A stretch of DNA of 64,000 bases from Verrucomicrobiota bacterium (GCA_031378375.1 JANNEF010000121.1:2650-66649), one strand, 5' to 3'; positions 49,968 to 58,728 are shown, counted from the first letter of the stretch. The notes: generated by a model from the letters alone, not told the origin. Numbers and translations: made by a program.

Positions 49968-50447
49968 CTATTCCATCAGTTTGAACGCCTCGGCCGCCAT
50001 CACGGCATCCGCCGCCTTGACCGCCGCGCCGCGTTCGGGACTCCAGATTTCAAAACGGTCGAGCAGGCCGACAAGCACCGCCTTGTCTTTGATCGCCGCC
50101 GCCGCTGCCATTTCTTCGGGCAGACAAATCCGCCCCTGTTTGTCCACCGGCACCTGCGTTGATTCGCTGCCAATGAATCGCTTCAGGACCACTTTGTTCG
50201 GGTCGCTGTTGGGCATCGCATTTATCTCGCGCATCAATTCCGCCATCTTATGCGGCGGCAGTGCACGCAGGCAGACGCCACTCGACGACTTGGGCCAGAC
50301 AATCAGCGTGAATTCGATCGTCGAGGCCTTGTCGCCCTTCTTCTCCGGCAACCACTTCGCCGGCACCATCACGCGGCGGCTCCCGTCAACGCCGTGCGGG
50401 AACTTGCCGTTAAACACGATGGACTCGATTGAATCAGCCTCTGCCAT
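49968..50447 (-). CDS. mraZ: division/cell wall cluster transcriptional regulator MraZ
   Basis: Two SpoVT/AbrB-like halves (DGSRRVMVPAKW.. and DKQGRICLPEEM..). 159 aa. First gene of the cluster. Confidence 0.85.
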   Translation of the reverse strand: MAEADSIESIVFNGKFPHGVDGSRRVMVPAKWLPEKKGDKASTIEFTLIVWPKSSSGVCLRALPPHKMAELMREINAMPNSDPNKVVLKRFIGSESTQVPVDKQGRICLPEEMAAAAAIKDKAVLVGLLDRFEIWSPERGAAVKAADAVMAAEAFKLME

Positions 50448-50473
50448 TGCGTGCCTTCGGTCAGAGCCAGCTC

Positions 50474-50537
50474 ACCCACGATTTTCCATTGCCAACCATT
50501 TCGACCCTTTTTTTACCTTTTTCTACCCAAACGTCAA
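50474..50537 (-). promoter_or_regulatory. putative mraZ promoter with a phased array of MraZ-box-like GGGT/GGT repeats
   Basis: On the minus strand: TTGACG (50537-50532), then TGGGT, AAGGT, AGGGT, ATGGT, ATGGA, TGGGT. Their plus-strand complements start at 50525, 50515, 50504, 50495, 50485 and 50474, giving 9-11 bp phasing that ends ~25 nt before the mraZ ATG. Confidence 0.4.
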
Positions 50538-50724
50538 TCCTTATCTGGAGAAATAGCCGGGAAGTTATTCACAGATTATTGCCAACACTGAGTGATCCCC
50601 GGCCTCCCCTGCCGATGAATAGTTTTCGGCGGAAGCTCATTTTCTCACCCGTCCGCCCCAACCGCGCCAGAAAACCGTTTTCCAAAAGTTTGAACTGACC
50701 TCGCCACCTGCACTACAACCAGCC

Positions 50725-51801
50725 GTGCGCACGAGCGACTTTGCTTTTGAACTGCCCCCGGAACTGATCGCCCAGGTGCCCGTCACTGAACGCGACCAGT
50801 CGCGCCTGCTCGTGCTGCAACGCGGCACGGGAAAAATCGCGCACCACCAGTTCCCCGCCCTGCTGGAGTTCCTTCAACCCGGCGATGTGCTGGTGCGTAA
50901 CGATTCCAAAGTCATCCCCGCCCGCCTGCGCGGAATCAACGCCGATGGCGGCGGGCAGTTTGAAGTCCTGCTGCTCGAAGAATCCGCGCCGAACGATTGG
51001 TGGGTGATGCTCCGGCCCGGCAAACGGGCGCGCATAAACACGCGCATCATTTTCAAAACGCCCGGCGGCGTTTTGACCGGGGTGCAGGCCACCGTCGCCG
51101 AAATCAACGGCGAGGGCCACCGGCGGCTGCGCTTTGCCGGGACACCGGACATCGCCGCAAGCCTGTCAAAATTGGGCGAAGTGCCACTCCCGCCGTACAT
51201 CCGGCGGACGAGTGACGACGCAATGAAGGGCGACGCGGATCGCTACCAGACGGTTTACGCGCGCGCCGCCGGTTCCGTCGCCGCGCCGACCGCCGGGCTG
51301 CACTTCACGGAAAATCTGCTCGGACAAATCCACGCGCGTGGTCTGCGCGTCTGCTCCGTCACGCTCCACGTTGGCCTCGGCACCTTCGCGCCCGTCAAAG
51401 CCGACACACTCGCGGAACACGTCATGCACGAGGAACGCTTCATCCTCGGCGAAGAAACCGCGCACGCCATCAACACTGCCAAACGCGAAGGCCGCCGCGT
51501 GATCGCCATCGGCACCACCACCGTGCGGGTGCTGGAAAGCGTGGCGGCGCAGCACTCGGGACAACTCGTCGCGGGCGCGGGTCGCACGCGGATTTTCATT
51601 CATCCGCCGTATCGCTTTCAAATCGTGGACGCGCTGCTCACGAACTTTCACCTCCCCTGCTCCACTCTGCTCATGCTCGTGAGCGCCTTCGCCGCCCCGG
51701 GCGGGACGGACGGACGCGAAATGATTTTGTCCGCCTACGCCGAGGCCGTGCGCCAGCGCTACCGCTTCTTCAGTTACGGCGACGCGATGCTTCTCGTTTG
51801 A
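50725..51801 (+). CDS. queA: S-adenosylmethionine:tRNA ribosyltransferase-isomerase
   Basis: FAFELPPELIAQ N-terminus, GTTTVRVLES and LLTNFHLPCSTLLMLVSAF. GTG start. Confidence 0.9.
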   Translation: MRTSDFAFELPPELIAQVPVTERDQSRLLVLQRGTGKIAHHQFPALLEFLQPGDVLVRNDSKVIPARLRGINADGGGQFEVLLLEESAPNDWWVMLRPGKRARINTRIIFKTPGGVLTGVQATVAEINGEGHRRLRFAGTPDIAASLSKLGEVPLPPYIRRTSDDAMKGDADRYQTVYARAAGSVAAPTAGLHFTENLLGQIHARGLRVCSVTLHVGLGTFAPVKADTLAEHVMHEERFILGEETAHAINTAKREGRRVIAIGTTTVRVLESVAAQHSGQLVAGAGRTRIFIHPPYRFQIVDALLTNFHLPCSTLLMLVSAFAAPGGTDGREMILSAYAEAVRQRYRFFSYGDAMLLV

Positions 51802-51822
51802 TCCACGGAGAACGCCCGCGAG

Positions 51823-53325
51823 TCACGCGCCGCCATGCAGCCACCGCACGCGCGGGTGCGTCCGCACGGCCTCCAAACTCCCCTGGCACACCACGCGCCC
51901 GCCTTCCAGCAACAACCCGTGCGTCAGGCAGCGCGGGAGATCGTCAAGATGATGCGTCACCACGATCAGCCGCGTGCCTTTGCGCGAAACCAGCTCCAAC
52001 GTCAGCGCGAACTCCGCCTTCGCCGTGGCGTCCAGTCCGTCGAACGGCTCGTCGCAGATCAAAATCTCCGGCTCATTCACCAACGCGCGCAGCAGCAACA
52101 CTCGCCGGAATTCGCCGTAAGACATCCGCAACGCGCGCTTCTCCGCCAGCACCCCCGCGCCGAAAGTCACCATCAACGTCCGCACCCGTTCCCGATGGCG
52201 CCGCGTGACTTTGTCCATCAAACCCACGCTCGAAAAAAAACCGGAGGCGATCACGTCGGCACCTGTCACGTCCGCGCGGTAGTTCGCCTGAAAGTCGGGT
52301 GAGATCCAGCCGATGCGCCGTTTCCAATCCCACACCGAGTTCTTCGCCGTGAGATCGAAGCGCCGCACCACGCCGCCCGCCGCCGGCTGCACATCGCCGA
52401 AGATTAGTTTGAGCAAGGTCGTCTTGCCCGCGCCATTCGGGCCGAAGACGACCCAGTTTTGCGCGGCCCGCATTTCCCAATTGACGACCCGCAAAACTTT
52501 TTTGCGATTGAGGAAGACGTTCGCATCGCGAATGTGGATCAGGACGGAGGACGGCTTGCAAGCGATTGCGGTTGCGGACACCCGCAGCTCTTTCCGCCCA
52601 GCGGGAACCGCCGAGCCGTCACGTTCCAAAAATCTTCCCCGCTTCACCACGCGCCCGCGCTCCAGTAACAGCACGTGCGTGATCGCCGGGATCAACTCCT
52701 GGCGCCGGTGCGTCGTGTAGAGCAACGGCGTGCCGCCGCGCGCCACCACTTCCAGCATCGTCAGCAGTTGCGCGCGGGAACGAGCGTCCAACCCGTCGCA
52801 CAACTCATCGCAAATCAAAACCTGCGGCCTGCCCGCCAGCGCGCGCGCGATCAAAAGTTTCCGCAGTTCGCCCGTGGAAAGCTCCTGCGCGTTGCGCCGC
52901 AGCAAATTCTCCACGCCCAACCGCCGCGCCAGCGCCACCGCGCGCGCCCGTTGCCGCGCGTCCGGGCGTTGATGCACATAGTCCGTGTTGAAGAAGCCGC
53001 TCAACACCACCTGCAAGCCCGTCAGCCGCCACTCTTGTTGCAGGTAACGCTGCTGCAACTCCGGCGACACCGAACCAATCCTCTCCCGCACACCCACCGC
53101 CGTCGTCTGTTCGTCGCCGTCGAAACGATAAATCCGCCGCCCCCGCCCCGGCGCGGGCCACAACTCGCCGCGCACCAGCCGCAGGAAAGTGCTTTTGCCC
53201 GCGCCATTGCCGCCCAGCACGGCCCAGTGTTCGCCGGGGCGCAACCGCCAGTTCACGCCGCGCAGGATGGTCTGCCCATCCAGCACCACGTCCACGTTCT
53301 CCAGTTGAATTAAAGGTTTGGTCAT
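51823..53325 (-). CDS. tandem-ATPase ABC protein (ModF-like, no TM domain)
   Basis: Two cassettes: GGNGAGKSTFL / LSTGELRKLLIARAL / LICDELCDGLD and GPNGAGKTTLL / MSYGEFRRVLLLRAL / LICDEPFDGLD. Confidence 0.75.
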   Translation of the reverse strand: MTKPLIQLENVDVVLDGQTILRGVNWRLRPGEHWAVLGGNGAGKSTFLRLVRGELWPAPGRGRRIYRFDGDEQTTAVGVRERIGSVSPELQQRYLQQEWRLTGLQVVLSGFFNTDYVHQRPDARQRARAVALARRLGVENLLRRNAQELSTGELRKLLIARALAGRPQVLICDELCDGLDARSRAQLLTMLEVVARGGTPLLYTTHRRQELIPAITHVLLLERGRVVKRGRFLERDGSAVPAGRKELRVSATAIACKPSSVLIHIRDANVFLNRKKVLRVVNWEMRAAQNWVVFGPNGAGKTTLLKLIFGDVQPAAGGVVRRFDLTAKNSVWDWKRRIGWISPDFQANYRADVTGADVIASGFFSSVGLMDKVTRRHRERVRTLMVTFGAGVLAEKRALRMSYGEFRRVLLLRALVNEPEILICDEPFDGLDATAKAEFALTLELVSRKGTRLIVVTHHLDDLPRCLTHGLLLEGGRVVCQGSLEAVRTHPRVRWLHGGA

Positions 53326-53457
53326 CGAATGCGGCGACGCGCCGTGCCTGCTTCAGTCAATCAGCCGCTGCGACCGCCACTGAAAAACAGTTCCTGCATT
53401 TCCGCGCCGCCTGTGAAACTCTCGTCACCGGCGACGGAAATGTTTTAAGCCGGACAC

Positions 53458-54810
53458 TTGAAGACTCCAATCGAAAAGGACTCGTTCCCGCCCGGATTGC
53501 ACAACGCGTTCTTCTTCGCGGTGTTCAACGCGCTCTCCTTTCAAATCGTGCTGGGCAGCCCGATGATTCTCTACGCCAAGACGCTGGGCGCGAGCGCGAC
53601 CGTGCTGGGCATCATCGCCGGGATGATGCCGCTGCTGGTGATCTTCCAAATCCCCGCCGCGCACTACCTCAACCGCATCGGCTACAAACGCTTTGTCTAT
53701 GCGGGCTGGGGCACGCGGGTGGGCTTCATCTTCGCCGTCGGGCTGGTGCCGCTGACCGGCGCGTTCCTCGACGCCGGCACGCGCCTGGCGCTGACGCTGA
53801 TGCTGCTCTTCGCCTTCAACCTGGCGCGCGGCATCTCCAGTTGCGCGTGGCTGCCGTGGATCACCGCGCTGGTGCCGGCCTCGCTGCGCGGAAAGTATCT
53901 CGCGCTCGACGCGGCCTTCACAAACGTGGCCAGCTTCGGCTCCTTTCTGGTCGCCGCCGCGTGCCTGGGCGCGGAACCGCGCGCGTGGCAGTTCGCCGTG
54001 CTCTTCGCCTTCAGCGGCGCGATGGGCGCGACGAGTTTGATCTTCCTCAAGCGCATCCCGGACGCGGAACCGCCGGAGGAAGCCCGCGCCTCGAAGGCCC
54101 CCGTGCCGTGGGGTGAGATGCTCCGCTTCCCGCCGTTCCAAAAACTCCTGCGGATGGTCGTGGCGTGGTCGGTGGCGTACGGCGGCATCACGGCGTTCAC
54201 CGTGGCCTTCCTGAAAACGGAGGCGGGCATGGCGGAGGGAAAAATTCTACTCGTCACCGCAGTGGCATTTCTCGGCGGGTTGAGCAGCCTGTGGTTTCTC
54301 GGCTCGCGGCTCGACGGCTTGGGCAGCAAACCCATCCTTACTTTTTCCTTCGCCGTCTGGCTCCTGGTGCTAGGCGTCTGGATGACGCTGGCGGGCCGGG
54401 CGTTGGCCCCGTCGCTGCCCATCGTGCTGACGCTACAGTTTATGATGGGCCTGTTCGCTGCGCTGGTGGCGATGGCCAACGTGCGCCTGGCCATGACGAT
54501 TGTGCCGGTAATGGGCCGCAACCATTTCTTCGCGCTCTTCTCGGTGCTCGGCAGCGTGTCCCTCGGGCTGGCGCCGATTGGCTGGGGCCTGCTCATTGAC
54601 GCCGTGGGCACGCGGGAGGCTGCGTGGCTGGGGCTGTCGTGGAACCGCTACACGGTATTTTTCGCGGCCGCCGCGATGGTGTTCGTGCTCGCGCTCATCC
54701 TCGCGCGCCGGCTGGACGAACCGGAGGCGGTGAGCATGGAAACGCTGCTCAAGGAAGTGCTCATTGATTCCCCGCAACGCGTCTTCGTGCGCCTGTGGCC
54801 GCGTGGATGA
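53458..54810 (+). CDS. MFS transporter
   Basis: 450 aa with about 12 hydrophobic segments. TTG start as in the ORF track; start uncertain. Confidence 0.7.
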   Translation: MKTPIEKDSFPPGLHNAFFFAVFNALSFQIVLGSPMILYAKTLGASATVLGIIAGMMPLLVIFQIPAAHYLNRIGYKRFVYAGWGTRVGFIFAVGLVPLTGAFLDAGTRLALTLMLLFAFNLARGISSCAWLPWITALVPASLRGKYLALDAAFTNVASFGSFLVAAACLGAEPRAWQFAVLFAFSGAMGATSLIFLKRIPDAEPPEEARASKAPVPWGEMLRFPPFQKLLRMVVAWSVAYGGITAFTVAFLKTEAGMAEGKILLVTAVAFLGGLSSLWFLGSRLDGLGSKPILTFSFAVWLLVLGVWMTLAGRALAPSLPIVLTLQFMMGLFAALVAMANVRLAMTIVPVMGRNHFFALFSVLGSVSLGLAPIGWGLLIDAVGTREAAWLGLSWNRYTVFFAAAAMVFVLALILARRLDEPEAVSMETLLKEVLIDSPQRVFVRLWPRG

Positions 54811-55000
54811 AGCGCGCCGCGCCGCCAAAAAACAAAAGAGCCGGAGAAAACTCTCCGGCCCTTGTGGGTGATGAGGACATTAACACTGTCACCCGGCAGT
54901 GGTGTTATGCCGGAACACGCGAACCATCGAGCCATGTTCCTTTTTGACGATGCCCTCTCCGTCTCTCCCGTCCAGCGGACGAGAAATCACTTCCCCGCGC

Positions 55001-55921
55001 CTACGCCGCCTGCGCCTGCGCCACGTTGATCACGGCCTCGGTGCTCGCGGGGCCTTCCCCGCGCGAATTCACACCCACGACCTTGTAGCGATACTCGCCG
55101 GCGGCCAGACCCGTGGCCGTGTACACACCCGGCTTGAGCAAGTCCTCCTCCACCAGCGTGAACTCCGACTCGCCCGGCCCCTGGCGCCACGCCTGGAAAC
55201 TCGTCGCGTGCGGCGCGTCGAACTCCAGCCGCACCGCCCCCGCCGCCGGACTCTCCGCCTTCGTAACCTCCGCCTGACCTGGTTCCTGCGTGGCCGGGGC
55301 CGTCGGCACCCGGTCAATCGTCTCCCGCTCCGCCGTGCCCTCGGGGAACTGCCCGCGCCCCTGCGCCAGCGCCGCCGCGGCGAAATCCGCCAGCACCTGC
55401 TGTTGCGCGTGCAGAAAACCCTCGCGCAACTGGAACGGCTGATCCGCCGCCGCTTCCGCGATCTGTGCGCTGTCAAACGCCGTCTTCAACGTGTCGAACG
55501 CCGTGCGGGTCAGCAGCCCCACCTTGAACGGGCCCGCCCACCCCGGCGGATTCGGCAGCCCGGCCCACGCCTCCGAAATGCCCAGCGCACGGGTGATCGT
55601 CTCGTCATACGATTGGTCCTGCACGGGCAGACTTTCGATGCAGTTCAGGCTGGCGGGATCCTTGCGATAGCACGACTTCATGCACTGATACACGCTCACG
55701 CAGGCGTCGTGCAGCGCGGCGTGGGCGGCCTGCGTGGCGCCGCGCGCGGAATTGAGCGCGTTGAACTTGGCTACGTAATCCTGGCGCACCACCTTGGCCG
55801 AACCGATGATCGAGTCCACGATTGACACCGTGCTGTCATCCGGTTTGTACACCGGAATGACCGCCATGGCGGCGCGGATGTAATTGACCTGCGTGAGATG
55901 GAAGTTGAATTCTACTAACAT
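55001..55921 (-). CDS. hypothetical protein with C-terminal fibronectin type III-like domain
   Basis: Start at MLVEFNFHL (55921). C-terminus ..AVRLEFDAPHATSFQAWRQGPGESEFTLV..GEYRYKVVGVNSRGEGPAS is FN3-like. The N-terminal ~200 aa are unrecognised. Confidence 0.55.
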   Translation of the reverse strand: MLVEFNFHLTQVNYIRAAMAVIPVYKPDDSTVSIVDSIIGSAKVVRQDYVAKFNALNSARGATQAAHAALHDACVSVYQCMKSCYRKDPASLNCIESLPVQDQSYDETITRALGISEAWAGLPNPPGWAGPFKVGLLTRTAFDTLKTAFDSAQIAEAAADQPFQLREGFLHAQQQVLADFAAAALAQGRGQFPEGTAERETIDRVPTAPATQEPGQAEVTKAESPAAGAVRLEFDAPHATSFQAWRQGPGESEFTLVEEDLLKPGVYTATGLAAGEYRYKVVGVNSRGEGPASTEAVINVAQAQAA

Positions 55922-56357
55922 ACGATGACTGCCTTTCTTTTTTTTGTTATTATTTTGACGGACACGGCCCGGAGACCCCACCCATTGTTTTCTGAACCCG
56001 GAGCCGCCACCATTGACAACCCCGTCATACTGGGTGAATCGGCAGTCTGCGAAATCTGTTCACTAAAAAATGCTCTGATGAGCATTTTTATTTTCGGAGT
56101 GGAGCCGTCATCTGGGGACGGAAGGCGCGGGCGCAAGCGGATGGCACGGTAAGGAGTGGATGGGGTTGGGGTGAGGGCGGAGTAACCACGCTCTCGTGGC
56201 CCGCGCCAAAAATGAAGTGACCTGGCTCACGCCGGATGCTACGAAATGGACATGGACGCGATGAATCCCGACACGTCGAGACTGGACGCCGCTAATCGAG
56301 CTGGATGAAGCGGCTGAAAAACACATTGATGCGTTGATGAACAAATACCGTTGATAT

Positions 56358-57392
56358 ATGGCAAACAAACCAACGACTCGAAAACGCCTCACTGTCGTTG
56401 AAATCAACGAGGCAATCGCCGATTTCAAAGCCTGGCTTGATGACGCGCGAAGTGCCCGGTCAGCAGATAAAATTCCTGAACATCTCAAGCGTTTGGCGTT
56501 TCTCAGTGCAAAGAACTCCACTTTGCATCACATTTTTACCTTCATTCTGCCGAGCGCTGATATAGGTTCCATCCTGGAACGTTTCAAGAACGTCGAGTCG
56601 GTTGGGTTTAGCCGGCTTGTTTCAATCGAATGGCCGATCGATCCAGATGCGCGACTTGCCATGCAGTTCGCACTCCTCATTGCCGTGGGTGAAGCGCGAA
56701 TTGAATGGAATAGATTGTTTGAATATTCGTTTGGTACCTATGGTGACTTCTTGGCAGAATTATTTATTCCAGCGACTCGAGATTTCGAGCGTCTGCTCAA
56801 ACGCATCAAGCAAGAAATTCTGAGCCAAGTGCCTGATGAGGCAGCTAAGGCAAAACTATCCATGGCTACCAGACCACAGTTTTCATTGGACTTGTTCATT
56901 AGTCACAGCAGTAAGGACGAACAAATCGCCAAAGCTTTGATCGAGTTTCTGCGGTTCACTTTGGCTATTCCTCCCGAGCGTGTGCGATGCACAAGCGTGG
57001 ACGGCTACAAGCTATCGGCAGGAGTGCCCACGGAACTCGAACTAAAGCGCGAAATCCATGAAAGCCGATGTTTCATCGGACTCGTCACTCCAAACAGCCT
57101 CCAATCATCTTTCGTGTTATTCGAATTGGGCGCCCGCTGGGGATCAGGCGCCCGACTGATTCCGGTCCTTGCTGCTCGGCAAAAGGCATCGGAGTTAAGA
57201 CCTCCACTTTCAACCTTGAATGCGCTTGATTGTGAGAAAGGGCAGGAAATGGAGCAACTTGTTCATGAACTTGCGCGTGAGCTAGGGAAAAACGTGCCGC
57301 TTCCTGCTACATACGAGAGCCAACTGAAAGCCTTGGTGCAAGCTGCGGGAGGGTTACGGCCACATAACAATTTCTTTGCCGAGCTCGTGTGA
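56358..57392 (+). CDS. TIR-domain protein with unknown ~170-aa N-terminal domain
   Basis: C-terminal half: DLFISHSSKDEQIAKALIEFL (TIR beta-A/AA loop), CFIGLVTPNSLQSSFVLFELGARW (candidate catalytic Glu). The gene is visibly lower in G+C than its flanks. Confidence 0.75.
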   Translation: MANKPTTRKRLTVVEINEAIADFKAWLDDARSARSADKIPEHLKRLAFLSAKNSTLHHIFTFILPSADIGSILERFKNVESVGFSRLVSIEWPIDPDARLAMQFALLIAVGEARIEWNRLFEYSFGTYGDFLAELFIPATRDFERLLKRIKQEILSQVPDEAAKAKLSMATRPQFSLDLFISHSSKDEQIAKALIEFLRFTLAIPPERVRCTSVDGYKLSAGVPTELELKREIHESRCFIGLVTPNSLQSSFVLFELGARWGSGARLIPVLAARQKASELRPPLSTLNALDCEKGQEMEQLVHELARELGKNVPLPATYESQLKALVQAAGGLRPHNNFFAELV

Positions 57393-57494
57393 CTGTATGC
57401 ACATACAGACGACCGCCCCCTCACTGAGAATCCGCTGCGACTGGTCCTTCGGACACAGTCGCGCTCCGGGGAGGTTATCGCGCGGTTGCGGGCA

Positions 57495-57994
57495 AATCCC
57501 GTCGGGGCGGTTAGGGTGTTTTGGCGTCGGAAGCCGCTCTACCCGTCCGGAAGGGCGCTGTACCTGTCCGGGAGGCCGGTCATTCCGTCGGCGAGGCTGT
57601 TGTACCTGTCGGGAATCTGGCCTACCGGTCGGGGAGGTCGCTGTACCTGTCAGGAAAGCTGCCATTCCTGTCAGGAAGGCTGCGGTACCTGTCGGCGAGG
57701 CTGGCATATCTGTCAGGAAGGTCGCTGTACCTGTCAGGGAGGCTGCTACACCACAAATATCAGGCTGCCTGACAGGTACAGCAGGCTCCCCGACGGAATG
57801 ATCGGCCTCCCGGAGAGGTACAGCGGCCTCGCCGGGCGGGGAAACGCCCTTCGCCGCCGGAGGACCGGGCGGCGCGACGGGTGGAACAGATTGCCCGGCG
57901 CGTGTGCCGGCCTCCCGCGCCGGGTGAACAGCCTGGCTGACGGAGTGATCGGGCGGGCCGACGGGTGGAACGCCTTGCCCCGGCGACGTGAACC
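57495..57994. repeat. dyad-symmetric array of ~21-bp tandem repeats (about 12 forward plus 11 inverted units)
   Basis: Left arm 57495-57748, units like gtacctgtcnggnaggctgcn alternating with cattccgtc/atatctgtc-type units. Centre acaccacaaatatc at 57749-57762. Right arm 57763-57994 holds reverse-complement units (ngcngcctnccngacaggtac). Confidence 0.8.
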
Positions 57995-58161
57995 TAAAAC
58001 ACGCAGTTGAACAACCAAGGAACCAAGGAACAAAGCTGGAATTCAAAAAGATGCGCCGGGAAGTGAAAAATCCTCCTTCGCTTGCACAGGTCTCGCTTCG
58101 CTGCAAAACAGCGAAGGGCCTGCCATCCGCAGCCTGGAGCGCGGGCGAACGTGATCGCCCT

Positions 58162-58192
58162 CCTTCGCCCGGTGCTGCGCTCCGGGCGAAGG
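58162..58192 (-). terminator. hairpin immediately 3' of tmRNA (terminator/processing-like; no U-tract)
   Basis: ccttcgcccgg-N9-ccgggcgaagg, an 11-bp perfect stem that starts 2 nt after the encoded CCA. Confidence 0.35.
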
Positions 58193-58193
58193 A

Positions 58194-58546
58194 TGGTGGA
58201 GGCGGGGGGAGTTGAACCCCCGTCCCTGACAAACAAACCAGCCGCGACTACATGCTTAGTCCGGAGAAGGTTTTCTGCCGTGCGATAGCGTCCGAACTCG
58301 AGACGCACAGCCTAGTCCGCATGAAGTTTTCTCGGTCGCCGGCGCGCAGTCTCCGCCGTCAACCATGCCTGCTGTTGCGTTCAGCCGGCGTAGCAGGTGT
58401 CCACCGGTGAACGTCGAGGCAATTAAGCCGCGAGAGCTAGTTCTGTATTAGCTTTTGATTTTTGGTTCGATGATTAACGAGGCCAACGAACCGTCCTCGG
58501 CATGCCGCCTCTGGCGCATCTCTCAGGTCGAAACCAGTACGCCCCC
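58194..58546 (-). ncRNA. ssrA: transfer-messenger RNA (tmRNA)
   Basis: 5' GGGGGCGTACTGGTTTCGAC pairs with the 3' ..CGCCTCCACCA, including the G3:U alanine identity pair. T-arm GGGGGTTCAACTCCCCC. Internal tag frame GCT AAT ACA GAA CTA GCT CTC GCG GCT TAA (58452-58423) encodes ANTELALAA. Confidence 0.9.
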
Positions 58547-58728
58547 AGCCAGCGGTGACAATATGGCGGGAAGTGGCGACGGGGTCAAGCTCTCGAATCG
58601 GCGGGGGCGCGACGCGACGTTCAACCTGAAAAAGCGGTTGAGCCACCAAGTCACGGAGGGGACGCTGGAACGTCAACGCAATGGATCGTTCCTGCCCCGG
58701 ATGGCCAAGCGGACGGCTGCTTTACGGA

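Noticed and set aside
56265-56354. 29-codon open frame ending 4 nt before the TIR gene start (..DWTPLIELDEAAEKHIDALMNKYR*)
   Set aside because: It has no start codon and is bounded upstream by TGA. I treated it as a gene remnant, not a feature, and mention it only as context for the TIR finding.
57495-57994. Possible CRISPR array
   Set aside because: The units are contiguous ~21-bp degenerate repeats with no unique spacers. The two halves are inverted. No cas genes are present.
58003-58025. Possible direct repeat of the ssrA 3' end (att site) marking the distal island border
   Set aside because: Only an 8-nt match (agttgaac) to the tmRNA T-arm region was seen. That is far too short to call an attL/attR pair.
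57354-58232. 292-aa minus ORF and three plus-strand ORFs (57376-57801, 57486-58010, 57521-57772) spanning the 21-bp repeat array, giving heptad-like peptides (PVRKAAV, LTGTATF)
   Set aside because: All six frames are open because the repeat lacks stop-forming triplets. The longest ORF starts inside the tmRNA gene and ends inside the TIR gene. No start or RBS context was seen. Coding is not fully excluded, and this is listed as a refutation test in the finding.
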